From the NCBI RefSeq assembly GCF_009914755.1, contig NC_060926.1: a stretch of 64,000 nucleotides of DNA; one strand, written 5' to 3'. This DNA is from the human T2T-CHM13v2.0 reference genome, Homo sapiens. The translations under genes were made by a program, and so were the position numbers. The notes under the pieces are model-generated. The model worked only from the letters and a program-made list of their open reading frames with translations. It was not told the DNA's origin and searched no databases. Below, piece after piece: positions 13,329-30,604 of the stretch (position 1 is its first letter; each line of letters begins with the position of its first letter).

Positions 13329-14861
13329 GGCAGTATGTCATTTTAACAATATTGATTTTTCCAAATCATGACCAAGGGTTGGAAGCATGGTATGTTTTTC
13401 TGTTTGTGTCATCTATGACTTTTTATAACAGTAATTTGTTGTTTCCTTATAGGGATTTTTTACCTCCTTGATTAAATATATGCCTGGTATTTTATTTTAT
13501 TTTTTTATAGCATTGTAAGTGGAATTGCCTTCTTGATTTGGTCCTCAGCTAGATTATTATTGCTGTATAGAAACAGTACTGATTTTTGTATGTTAATTTT
13601 TTATCCTGAAACTACTGAATTCATTTATCAAATCTAAGAGTTTTTTGGTGGACTCTGTAGGGTTTTCTGGATATAAGATAATATCATTAGCAAACAGGGA
13701 CAATTTAACTTCCTCTTTTCTAATTTGGATGCCCTTTATTTTTTTGCTCTTGCTTGATTGTGCTGGTGAGGACTTCCAGTGCTATGTTAAATAAAAGTAG
13801 TGAAAGTAGGCATACTTGTCTCATTCCAGTTCTTAGAGGGAATGCTTTCAAACTTTTCCTGTTAAGTATGTTGTTGGCTATAGGTTTGTCATATGTTGCC
13901 TTTATTATGTTGAAGTATGTTTTGTTCTATGCCTAGTTTGTTGAGGATTTTTATGATGAAAGGGCATTGAATTTTATCAATTGCTTTTTCCACTTTAATA
14001 GAGATGATCATATGGTTGTTGTTCTTAATTCTGTTTATGTAATGTATCACATTTATTGATTTGGGAATGTTGAACCATCTTTGCATTCCTGGTATAAATC
14101 ACTCTTGATCATGGTGTATTATCTTTTTGATATGCCGTTGTATTCAACTTGCTTGTATTTTGTTGAAGATTTTTGAATCTATATTAATCAGGGATATGGG
14201 TCTGTACTTTTCTTTTTTTGTTGTGTCCTTGTCTGCTTTTGGTATCAGGGTGATCCTGGCCTTATGGAATGAGTGAGGGAGAATTCCCTTCTCTTCAATT
14301 TTTTGGCATAGTTTTGGGAGAATTCATCTTTGTTTTTCTTTGTATGTTTGGTAGAATTTGGCTGCAAATTTATCTGGTCCTGGGATTTCTTTTGGCAGTT
14401 TTTTAAAATGACTTTGAAATGCCACTTAATGTTTTTCTGGCCTGTAAGGTTTCTTCAGAAAAGTCCACTGTTAGTCTGATGAGAGTTGTTTTTTTTTTTT
14501 TTTAATAGATGACTAGGTGCTCTTCTCTAGTCAGTTTAAAAATTCTTTGTTTCACTTTGACTTTAGACATTCTTAATATAATATGCTATGGGAAGTCCTT
14601 TTTGTAATGTATTTGCCTAGGGATGGCTGGACCTTCTCTATTTGGATGTCAACTTTCTTGATAGACTTGGAAATTTTTCACTGATTATTTTCTAAAGTAG
14701 GTTTTCTAAATTTGATCTCTCTGCTCCCTTGGGAATAATGATAATACATAAGTTTGGTCACTTTGTGTAGTCCCAGATGTCTCAAAGCCTTTTTTAATTC
14801 TTTTATTTAGTTTTTTCCTTATTTTTGTCTGACTGGAATATTTCAAAAGACCTGTTTTCAA

Positions 14862-15706
14862 ATTTACAAGAAAAAAACAAACAACCCCATTAAAAAGTGG
14901 GCAAAGGACATGAACAGACACTTCTCAAGAGATGACATTCATGTGGCCAACAAATATATTTTAAAAAGCTCAACATCACTGATGATTAGAGAAATGCAAA
15001 TCAAACCCACAATGAGATACCATCTCATGCCAGTCAGAATGGTGATTATTAAAAAGTCAAGAAAGCGCAGATGCTGGTGAGGCTGTGGAGAAAAAGGAAC
15101 ACTTTTTCACTGTTGGTGGGAATGTAAGTTATTGTGGAAGATCTAGAAGCAGAAATAACATTTGATCCAGCAATCCCAATACTGGATATATACCCAAAGG
15201 AATATAAATCATTCTATTATAAAGATAAATGCATGCATGTGCTCATTGCAGCACTATTCACAATGCAAATATATGGAATCAACCCACATGCTCATCAATA
15301 ATAGACTAAACAAAGAAAATGTGGCACATATACACCATGGAATACTATGCAGCCATAAAAAAGAAATGAGATCATGTCCTCTGCAGGGATATGGCTGGAA
15401 GCCATTATCCTCAGCAAACTAATACAGGAACAGAAAATCAAATACCACATGTTCTCACTTATAAGTGGGAGCTGAATGATAACAACACATGGACACATGG
15501 GGAGGAACAACACACACTGAGGCCTCTCAGAGGGTAAGGGGTGGGAGGAGAGAGCATCAGGAAGAATAGCTAATGGATGCTGGGCTTAATACCTAGGTTA
15601 TAGGTTGATCTGTGCAGCAAACCACCATGGCACACATTTACCTATGTAACAGACTGCACATCCTGCATTGGTACCCTGGAACGTAAAATAAAAATTGAAG
15701 GAAAGA
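14862..15706 (+). mobile_element. 5'-truncated L1 (older L1PA/L1PB) 3' end inserted into ORF1 of the host L1
   Basis: ORF2 C-terminal and 3'UTR sequence with A-tail; 17-bp TSD aaaagacctgttttcaa (14845-14861) / aaaagatttgttttcaa (15707-15723). Confidence 0.9.
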
Positions 15707-16089
15707 AAAAGATTTGTTTTCAAGTTCTGAGATTTTTTTCTTCTGCTTGATCTAGTCTATTATTGAAGCTTTCAAATGTATTTTGTATTTTCTTCAATGA
15801 ATTTTTTACATCCACAATATCTGCATTTTTTTAAAAGATATCTATTTCCTTGGTAAATTTCTCATCCATATTCTGAACTTTTTTGTACTGTTTTTCATAT
15901 TTCTCTTGCACCTCATTAAGCTTTGTTAAAATCAATATTTTGGATTATTTATCTGGCATTTTGAGGCATTCTTTTTTATTTGGATCTGCTGCCATGCAAT
16001 TGTTGTGTGGTGTCAAAAATCCCTACTTTTTCATGTTTCCTACGTCCTTCCATTGATATCTGTGCATCTGGTATAGCAGTCACCTTTTC

Positions 16090-20930
<4,841 letters not shown>

Positions 20931-22574
20931 CCCTTTCCAATTTTTTGAAAAATTATTTTCATAGGGGAAAATTTTTTCCTGAAGATGTGTGTATATTGTT
21001 GGTTGAGCAGGATATTTTAGCTTTGATTTTGGGTGCCTGCGATAGTGTGATCTTTGCATTGGCTTCTTCAACAGTACATAGGGTCAGTGATATCTGTGAT
21101 TTTCCTGATGGATTGGGGTACATTTCTTATTACAGTTATTAGTCGATGTAGTAGTGAAGTTTTGCTGGGGACTTGGATGTCTACCCGAGCAGGCCCCATG
21201 GTGGCAGCAGTGGGGCAATGTGCCTTTTTTTTTTTTTTTTTTTTGGACTCAGAACAGCTTACACTGGCTCTGGTCTTTGTGGGTCCTGAAGGGCTGATTC
21301 TTGGACATTCCGGTGGTTTTCTTAGAAGCTATTAGTGGCAGCAGTGGGCCAGGAGTGTGGGTGGGTTCTCAGGTCCCTGGGCTGTTGGTGTTGTGTGGGT
21401 GATGGCAGTAGCAGTGGTGGAGCAACCTACTGGGACTTAAACAGTCTGTGTTGGTGTTCCTGGAAGCAGCAATGCGTTCAGCAGACTAGTCCCCAGTCTC
21501 ACAGCTGCATGTAGCAGGGCAGTGGGTATTGTCCTTAGGAGAGCTTGGTTTCCCTGTCCCTCCTACTGCTGGGTGGTGGCTGCAACCACATCACCTCAAA
21601 TTTGGCCCGAAAGTAGGGCAAAACTCAGTGTTAAACTCTCAGAATGGTGCCAGCTGTGGGCTGGTGACCAGAATGGGTAGGCCCTCCCACCTCAGGTGAA
21701 CAGCATGGGGAAGAAGCTATGGAGAGTGTAGTCCACTCAAGTCTCAGTCTCACAGGAGCCTGTGGCAAGGCAGTGGATGTTGTTCTAGGTATGTGTAAGA
21801 GAGCTTTGTTTCCTTGTCCCTCCTTGGCTAGGCAGTGGAGGCTGGCTAACCACATCAACTTGAACTTGGCCCAAGGGTGGGGCCTAGCTTAGCATTAAAC
21901 TCTTAAAATGATACCTTGGGCTTGAGACCAGAGAAGGTGGCGCCCCTCCCAGGCAGGCAGTGTGGTCAGGAAGCTGTGGAGAGTGCTAGCCACTCACATC
22001 TCAGTCTTAATAGCAGCCTGCATCTGGGCAGTAGAGACCTTCCCAGAGGTGCAAGGGAGAGCCTAGTCTCCCATTTCCCTGCTTGGAGCTGCACAGTGGC
22101 AGCAGCCACGTCTGTATGTCCCCTGTAGCTAAGGTCTCAAAATGGCACCTTGCTGAGGCTGCTCTAGGCCTGGATGTTTGTGAGATTTCATGTGGGTTTT
22201 CTTTCTAGAGCAATGTCTCTGTGAAATCTTTAGGCAGCTCTGTACATCAGGCTCAAGGGCCTAGTGGGTCAAGGGTCTCCCCTATAGTCAAGGTCATAAA
22301 AGCTAAGCCCTGGGGGTTTCTCTTTTCCTGTTTCCCTGTGTTTAGAAGCCTCTCCCAGTTCTTAGTCAGTCCCTGGCTGGGCAAGATGCTTCAGATCCTC
22401 TATTTACTTACTTCTGGTGCTTCCCATCTCTCTCTCTGAATCCCAGCATGCTCTCTTAGACCATCTCTTCAAAAGGTGAGTATCTACTTACTATTCTGGT
22501 TCCTCTTTGTGGAAGAGGCACATACTACCTACATCTAGTCAGCCATCTTCTCTCAATTTCATCAAATCTGGTCA

Positions 22575-22645
22575 GCCATCTTCCCTCAATTTTTTCTTCT
22601 ATAAAATGAGAGTTGAATTGGATGACCTCTAAGGTTCCTTGTGAC
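22575..22645 (+). mobile_element. MIR 3' half (5' half probably at ~9270-9345)
   Basis: CCTCAATTTTTTCTTCTATAAAATGAGAGTTGAATTGGATGACCTCTAAGGTTCCTT resembles the MIR core end plus a MIR3/MIRc-type tail. Confidence 0.65.
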
Positions 22646-23430
22646 CCTTTACAGTAAACTTGCATTGCTCATCATGACACAAAACAAGGATGTTGAGTTG
22701 GGTTTTAATTACCCACAAGCTCAAGACAGGGCTGTCCATCAGATGAAGCATAGGCCAATAGGAATTGCCTAGTCGTTTAATCATTGTTCGATTTAACACT
22801 ATGTTTAGGAAATATATTTTGTTGACTATGGGATACTCAATATTGTTTCCTTATTCTAGTTCTTTAAGAAAAATGATGTTTTTTTTTTAAAACTTTGAAA
22901 TTGGATTTTATTGTACATTTACATATACTTTTAAGAAATAATACAGAGAGATCCTGTGTACTCTTACTCTTACAATATTGTGATATTGTACTATAGTTTT
23001 ACAAGATGTAACCATTGGGCAACATTGGGAGATTTATATTGATACAGTCATGATACAGAACATTTCCATCACCACAAGGGTCCCTCATGTTTCCCTTTTA
23101 TACCCACACCGAATTTCTTCCTGCTTCCCACCCCTTCCTTAATCCCTAATAACCCTAATATGCTCTCCACTTCTATAATACTATCATTCAAGAATGTTAT
23201 ATAAATGGTACCATACAGTATGTATGAGTTTCTCTGCATCCTCACCAGCATTTGGTTTTGTCACTATTTTTAATTTTAATCATTCTGATAGGTGTGCAGT
23301 TGTATCTCATAGTTTTAATTTGCCATGTCACTAATAACTAGTGATATTGAATATCTTTTTATGTGCTCCTTTGCCATCTGTGTATCCTCTTTGGTGAAAT
23401 GTTGTTTCATGCCCATTTTGCCCATTTTCT

Positions 23431-23710
23431 GTTTGTTTTGTTTTGTTTTGTTTTTTTGAGACAGAGTCTCGCTCTGTCATCCAGGCTGGAGTGCAACCTC
23501 TGCCCCTCGGGTTCAAGCAATTCTTTAGCCTTGGCATCCCCAGTAGCTGGGATTACAGTTGCCCGCCATCACGCCCAGCTAATTTTTTTTGTATTTTTAG
23601 TGGTGACGGGGTTTCACCATGCTGGCCTGGCTGGTCTCAAACTCCTGACCTAAGTGGTCTGCCTGCCTCAGCCTCCGAAAGTGCTGGGATTACAGGTGTG
23701 ATGCCTGGCC
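23431..23710 (-). mobile_element. Alu (AluS-like)
   Basis: Alu dimer with (GTTTT)n tail; TSD ttttgcccattttct on both sides. Confidence 0.95.
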
Positions 23711-23959
23711 CTTTTGCCCATTTTCTAATAGATTTTTTAAAAGTGCTGAGCTTTTAAGAGTTCTTTCTATATTTAATATATCATCATTTTTTGGATATGT
23801 GGTTTGCAAATATTTTCTCACAGTCTATAGTTTGTGTTTTCATCTTAGAAACAGAATCTTTCAAAGAGCAACATTAAAAAAACTCAGAGTACAAGAATGT
23901 ATTACATAATGTACGTTAATTCTGGTATGCTTTATAATTACTTATGATATGGTACATAT

Positions 23960-25020
23960 GTTTTTTTTCCTCCAACTTTTATTTAGTTTTTGGGGTACAT
24001 GTTCAGGTTTGTTACATGGGTAAATTGTGTGTCTCTTGGGTTTGCTATACAAATTATTTCATCACCCAGGTAGTGAGCATAGTACTTGATACATAGTATT
24101 TTTTTTTTCCCCCGCATTCTCACTCTCCTCCCATCCTCCACTCTCAAGTAGGCTCCAATGTTTATTGTTCCCTTCTTTGTGTACATGTGCACTCAATGTG
24201 TAGCTTCCATTTGTAGGTAAGAACATGTGGTATTTGGTTTTCTGTTCCTGCATTAATTTGTTTAGGATAATGGCCCCAAGCAGCATCCATGTTGCTGCAA
24301 AAAACATGATTTCATTCTTTTTTTTTATGGTTGTGTAGTGTTTTATGGTGTATATATGCCATATTTTCTTTATCCAGGCCACCATTGCTGAGCATCTAGG
24401 TTGATTCCATGTCTTTGCCATTGTGTGAATAGTGTTGTGATGAACATACAAGTGTATGTGTCTTTATGGTAGAACTTCTTTACTTATATATTGCTCTCCA
24501 CAGTGACTGAAGTATATTATATACTTCTGATATATATATTATATATACTTCTGCTATATATATTATATACTTCTGTTATATATATTATATACTTCTGTTA
24601 TATATATATATATTATATACTATATATAATGAAGTATATTATATACTTCTTTACTTATATATTGCTCTCCACAGTGACTGAACTAGTTTACATTCTCACC
24701 AGCATCATATAAGCATTCCCTTTTCTCTGCAACCCTGCTAGCATCTGTTGTTTTTTGACTTTTTAATAATGACCACTCTGACTAGTGAGAGGTGGTGTCT
24801 CACTGTGCTTTTGATTTGCATTTCTCTAATGATTAGTGATGTTGAACATTTTTTCATATGCCTGTTTGCTGTGTGTATGACTTCCTTTGAGAACTTTCCA
24901 GTACATGTACTTTGTCCATTTTTTAATGGGTTTTTTTTTTTACTTATTAATTTGTTCTGGGTACTTGACATTTGTTGGATGCATAGTTTGCAAAATGTTT
25001 CTCCCATTTTGTATGCTGTC
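23960..25020 (-). mobile_element. 5'-truncated L1 (L1PA15-16/L1PB-like) nested in L1MC
   Basis: 3'UTR GGGGTACATGTTCAGGTTTGTTACATGGGTAAATTGTG; ORF2 C-terminal remnants (AKTWNQPRC; [20 protein letters not shown]). Confidence 0.85.
24474..24682. repeat. AT-rich minisatellite flanked by 38-bp perfect direct repeats
   Basis: acttctttacttatatattgctctccacagtgactgaa at 24474-24511 and 24645-24682, enclosing about 4-5 units of TATATTATATACTTCTG(N)TA. Confidence 0.9.
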
Positions 25021-26094
25021 AAAGAGAGAAAGTTTTTAATTTGGTTGAAGTCCAGTTTGTCATTTTTTTCCTTTTATCGATTATGCTTTTGGTGTCAAAT
25101 CTTAGAACCTTTTTGCTTAACCCTAGATCCTGATTTTCTACTATGGTTTTTTTTCTAAAAGTTTTACTATTTTATACTTTATTTTAATGTATATAACTCA
25201 TTTTTAGTTAATTTTTATATAAAGTGTGAGATTTAGGTTGAAGTTCATTTTATTGCCTATGGGTGTCCAGTTGCTCCAACAGTTTGTTGAAAAGTCTATC
25301 TTTCGTCCATGAATTGCTTTTGTACTTCTGTCAAAAATCATTTGGGCATATTTATATGGTTCTATTTCTGTGTTCTCTGTTCTATTCCATTGGTGTATGT
25401 GTCTGTAGACCAATATCACTTAGTCTTGACTACTGTTGTTATATAGATAGTCCTGAAATTAGGTATATTGATTATTCTTCATTCTTCTTTTAAAAAATTG
25501 TTTTAGCTATTCTAGTTCTTTGATTATTCATATACATAGTAAAATAATCTTGTATAAATATAAAAGCAAACCTACTGAGATTCTGATAAGAATTGCATTA
25601 AACCTATGCATCAATTTGGGGAGAATTAACATCTTTAATATATTGAGTATTTCAATTCATGAACATGATAGTTTTTATTTTTTTATTTTTGGTCCTATCT
25701 TTGGTTTTGGCCTAAGCGTAATATTATCTTCATAAAACGTATTGGAAAATGTTTCTTCCCTTTCTATTTTCTACAAAAGATTGTGTAGAATTTGTGTTAT
25801 TATTCTTCAAATATTTAGTGAAATTTTCCAGTGAAACCACCTAGGCCTGCAGATTTCTTTTTTTTTTTTAGTTAAAAATTCAATTATTTTAGTAGTGATA
25901 TGGATTTTCAAATTATGTATTTCATATTGGGTGAGTTACGGTGATTTGGGTTTGTTGGGGAAATGGTTCATTACATCTAAGTTGTCAAATTTATGTTTGT
26001 AGAGTTGTTCATAGTATTTCTTTATTATCCTTTTCGTGGCTGTAGGGTCTATAGTAAAACCTCCTGTTTTATTCCTGATATTGGTGATTTGTGT

Positions 26095-26419
26095 CTTCTC
26101 TCTCTCTCTTTCTTTAGAGACAGAGTCTCACTCTGTTACCCAGGCTGGAGTGAGGTGTTGTGATTATAGATCACTGCAGCCTCAAACTGCTCAAGTAATC
26201 AAGGGGCTCAAGTGATCCTCCCACCTCAGCCTCCTGAGTAGCTGGGACTATAGGCACATACCACCATGCTGGGCTAAGTTTGTTTTTTATTTTTGGTAAT
26301 CTAAGATGGGGGTCTTGCTATGTTGCTCAAGCTGGTCTCAAACTCCTTGCCTCAAGCAATCCTCCTGCCTCAACCTCCTGAAAGCACTAGGATTACAAGA
26401 ATGAACCACTACCCCAACC
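26095..26419 (-). mobile_element. AluJ
   Basis: Diverged Alu dimer (AGAGACAGAGTCTCACTCTGTTACCCAGGCTGGAG ... GCTCAAGTGATCCTCCCACCTCAGCC) with (CT)n tail. Confidence 0.9.
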
Positions 26420-26470
26420 TGTATTTTGTTGTTGTTTTAAAATCCATTCATCCACTGTTTTTTTAATTAG

Positions 26471-27304
26471 TGATATGGGATAGGGGGCAGGGAAATGCTA
26501 GGAGAAGGGTGGGGTCCCTGGCCAGCACTCCGCCCCGGGTCTGTGCCCACGGACCTAGGTAAGGACAGGCATTTCTGTTTTCGTGCCCAAATGTTGAATT
26601 TTCCAAGACCACCCTGGTCTGCTATGCCTCCATCCTGTTCCTGTAAAAACCCTGAGACCCTAGTGGGCAGAGATGCAAGTGGCTGGACATTGAGAGGATC
26701 ACACTGGTGGAACACACAAATGGTTGGACGTTGAGAAGATCACATTGGCTGAAGAGCACGCCGACAGGCACCAACAGATGCTGGCAGGCCATCAACCGGC
26801 GCAACAATGCGGACCTGAGGGGAATTTGGCTGGAGCGGTTGGAGAGTCTGGCCGCTGGGCACACCGACTCCAGGGGAAAACCACCTTCCCACTCCATTCC
26901 CCTTCTGGCCTCCCCATCCACCTCGCTGAGAGCTACCACCACTCAATAAAAAACCTTGCAGTCATTCTCCAAGCCCATGTGTGATCCGATTTTTCAGGTA
27001 CACTAAGGCAAGAACCCGGGATACAGAAAGCCCTCTGTCCTTGCGATGAGGCAATTTGCGCTGATTAACACAAGCCGCCTTTGAAAGGCTACACTGAAAG
27101 AGCACACTGTAACACATGCCCACTGGGGCCTCAGGAGCTGTAAACATTCACCCCTAGACGCTGCCATAGGTCAGAGCCCACATTCCCCATGACCTGCCCA
27201 TCTTCCTGCTCCCCCTAGGGGTTTTGAGCAGCAAGTCATGAAGAAGCGAGCCACACCCCCATCACACGCCCTGTGTGGGGAACAAGGGAACTTTTCCTAT
27301 TTCA
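26471..27304 (+). mobile_element. ERV1 solo LTR (LTR1/LTR27/LTR28 group)
   Basis: TGATA...TTTCA termini, GC/CpG-rich body, TATA-like CCTGTAAAAA (~26641), AATAAA at 26945; motif TGTGCCCACGGACCTAGGTAAGGACAGGCATTT recalled from this LTR group. No clean TSD. Confidence 0.8.
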
Positions 27305-29804
27305 ACAGGACTTAAATTTACCCTATATTTTTTGTTTTATGTTTGTTCTCTTAGCTGTTTTCTTCTTCTTGTCTTCTAGTGGGTTGCTTGAACAATTTTT
27401 AGTATTCCATTTTGTTTTATTTATAGTGTTTTTGAGTGTATCTCTTTGCATAGTTTTTTTAAAAAAGTTTGCTTTAGGTGTTGCATCATATATAGTTTAT
27501 CACAATCTACTGGCATCATTATTTTACCAGTTTGCATAAAGTATATAAATGCTACCTCCATCCCTTTCCTCTCCTTTGTTTATAATTGTCATATTTACTC
27601 TACATATACATTTAGAACCACATAATAGAGTCTTATAATTTTTGTTTCAATGTTCTATCATAATTTAGAAAACTCAAGAGGCAAAGGAAAGCCCATTTTA
27701 TTCGCCCATATTTCTGTTGCTACATCCTTTTTTCGTTTCTGATGTTCCAAGCTTCCTTCTTTTAACATTTGTGTTTAGAGAGCTTTTTTAAAGCTATTAT
27801 TTTAGGGTAGGTCTACTTTTGAAAAACTATCATAATTTTCCTTTATCTGAGAATGTACTGCTTTCTCCTTAATTCCTGAAGGATAATTTCATTGGGTGTA
27901 AAGTTCTGGGTTGACAATTCTTTTCACTTGAAAGATACTGTGCTACTTCTTTCTGGCCTCCATGGTTTTTCCAGGGAGAAACTCACTGTTATTCAAATTG
28001 CTTTCCCCTACATATAAGGTGTCATGGCTGCTTTCAACACTTTGTCTTTAGTTTTCATAATTTTAATTATGGTATGTCTTCCTGTGTATTATTTTATTAT
28101 CTTGTTTGGGGTTCAGTCAGCTTCACGAATTTGTAGTTTTGTGTTTCTTGCTAAATGTGGGAAGTTTTCAGCCATTAGTTCTTTAAGTACTTTTTCATCC
28201 CTGCCCTCATTTTTCTCTCCTTCCAGGGCTTCAATGGCACAAATATTACATTTAAAAAATACTTCCAAAGGTTCCTGAAGCATGTTCACTTTTTTCAAGT
28301 CTTTTTTCCTCTGTGTTGTTCAGATTGAGTAATTTGCATTGTTTGCTCTTTCTGTTCATCATTTCTTTCCTCTATTTCCTCCATTCTGCTGTTGAACTTA
28401 TTCACTGAGCCTTTTAAAATTTCAGTTACTATTATCTCTCAGTTCTAAATTTCAGTTTGGTTCTTTATATCTTTCATTTATTTGTTGAGACATTCTTTTT
28501 CTTTGCTAAAGCTTTTTTTTTTCATTTTTTCAAGCCTGTTTGTAATTACTCATTGAAATATGTTTATAATGGCTGCTTTAAAATCTTTGTTAGGTAATTC
28601 TAGCACCTCTATCATCTGTTGTTGGCATCTATTACTTTTTTTTCACTCAGTAGAGACCTTCTGGTTGTTAGTGTGACGTGTGATTTTTATGTTTGTTCTC
28701 TGGACATTGAAATCTGGACATTTTCATATTATGTTATGAGACTCTAAATCTTATTTAAACCTTCCCTTTTGATTGCACTTCTCTGACACCACTCTAGTAG
28801 TGGAAGGAGGGAGGTGCCACCTTGTTAATATCAGGTGGAATGGAAGTCTAGGTTCTCCAATTGGCCTTGCTGACACTTGAATGGGAGGGACTCCTTATTA
28901 CTGCTGGGTGAGGGTGGGAATTCTGGCTCCCCACATGGTCTCCATTGACACGGTGGTGGGGGTGGCCTCATTATTGCTGGGTGATGGTGAAAGTCTTGAT
29001 TCTTTAGTAGGCCTCCTCTAACACTACCTCAGTGGGGTGAGGAGGGTGCCTCATTACTGCTTGATGGGGGTAGAAGTTCTGGCTCCTTGTGTGGTTTTTA
29101 CTCACACTGCAGGGAGGAGGAGATCATGTTATTGGCCAGTTGGATGAATGTCCTCACTCCCTACTTGGCTTTCTTTGATACCACTCTGGTGAGGGGGTTG
29201 GAGCATCTCATTACTGTCTCATGAGGGTGGAAGTGTAGGCTCCCCACGTGGCCTTCATTGGCATGGATGGGAGTGGAGCAACAGCTTTTTCCTTGGGGTT
29301 AGGCTGGAATAGAGCACTTCTTGTCTAAAAATTTTCTGTCTGACTAGGCCACCGTTTTCCTGGCCTTCAGCTAGAGAGAACAAGCTTTCGTTCAGGCTAT
29401 TTTGCCCATGCATGTTGGTGTTTTCATGTTTCTGGCTTCTTCAGCTGCAGGTCTCAGATATATTAGGCAAAAATGAATTCCAAGCAACACATGACCATGT
29501 TGTTCTTTGGGTTTTGATGTTCCTAGCAAGCAATCTTCTCTCCACCTTTCAGAGTCTTCCTGTGTTTGCCTTACATATTATGTCCAGGGTTTTTAGTTTT
29601 ACCTAATAGGTGGAATAAAGAAAAGTACATTTATTTCATCTTCCTGGAATAATGTGTCTTATAGAAAAGATCTTTTATTTGCTGCTGAGGTTAGGAGTTT
29701 TAGTGGATGAGAATGGGGTAGTTGAGGGGAGGAGGAAGAGAAAGGAGAGGAAAGAAAAACAGGTTCTACCACTCCTAAAAATCTCTATGAGTCCTGATTG
29801 AATA

Positions 29805-30590
29805 TTTGTTCATTCATTCATCATTCAGCAAACATTTATAATTCAACACTGCATGCCTACGAGTGTAATTGGTGCTAGGAACACAAGGATAAGTAAGATT
29901 AATTTTTGCTTATTAGGAGTTTGAAATCTAGTCTTGTAGAGGCTAACACCCAAATAAGCAAATTATTACATGTTGTAATAAGTGAACTGTGTCCTGAAGT
30001 ATGAGTAGAAGTTCTCTAGGTTAGCTAAAAAAAAGATGATTTAGACAAAAGAAATGGCTTGTTTGAAGGCACGGAAGCATAACATTTTTTTGGATTTAAA
30101 GAATGGCATGCATTGGTGTGAAAAGAGTAAGGGGTTCTTATGAATGAATGGTGGGAGATTAGACTGAAAATATTGGTTAGGACCAGATTGTTGAAGTCTT
30201 TAATATATTGTCATGCTAAGGATGTTTTACACTTCTTTTTTTTTTTTGACAGGGTCTCACTCTGTTGCCCAGGCTGGGGTGCAGTGGCATGCTCTAGGCT
30301 CACTGCAGCATTGACCTCCCAGGCCCAGGTGATCTCTCCACCTCAGCCTCCCCAGTTGCTGGGACTACAAGCATGCGCCACCGTGCCTGGCTAATTTTTT
30401 GTATTTTTTGTAGAAATGGGGTTTTGCCATGTTGCTCAGGCTTGTCTTGAACTCCTGGGCTCAAGCAATCCACCCACCTTGGCCTCCCAAAGGGCTGGGA
30501 TTACTGGTGTGAGCCACTGTGTCCGGCTGATATTTTACACTTTCTGCAGGCAATGGTGAATAATCTCTAAACTATTTTAGTGGATATTTA
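29805..30590 (-). mobile_element. L2 fragment (interrupted by Alu)
   Basis: TTCATTCATTCATCATTCAGCAAACATTTAT...GGTGCTAGGAACACAAG, typical reverse L2 3' end. Confidence 0.65.
30235..30528 (-). mobile_element. AluJ
   Basis: Alu dimer; TSD gatgttttacactt / gatattttacactt. Confidence 0.95.
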
Positions 30591-30604
30591 AAATAACGAC
30601 TTTT

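Larger units (their letters stand above)
22880..29650 (-). mobile_element. L1MC-class element with deletions and nested insertions
   Basis: 3' end AAGAAATAATACAGAGAGATCC...; ORF2 remnants (IHQWNRTENTEIEPYKYAQMIFD); ORF1 remnant (KELMAENFPHLARNTKLQIREA, 28113..28298); repetitive 5'UTR ~28800-29300; terminal TTCATCTTCCTGGAA. Confidence 0.8.

Noticed and set aside
26467-27147. Seven clustered short ORFs on both strands
   Set aside because: Expected from the high GC content of an ERV1 LTR; no recognisable protein features.
28800-29300. Regularly recurring TTACTGCT...GGGT(G/A)GAA...GGCTCC motifs, superficially array-like
   Set aside because: Degenerate tandem units of an L1MC-type 5'UTR; not a CRISPR-like array (repeats not identical, eukaryotic context).
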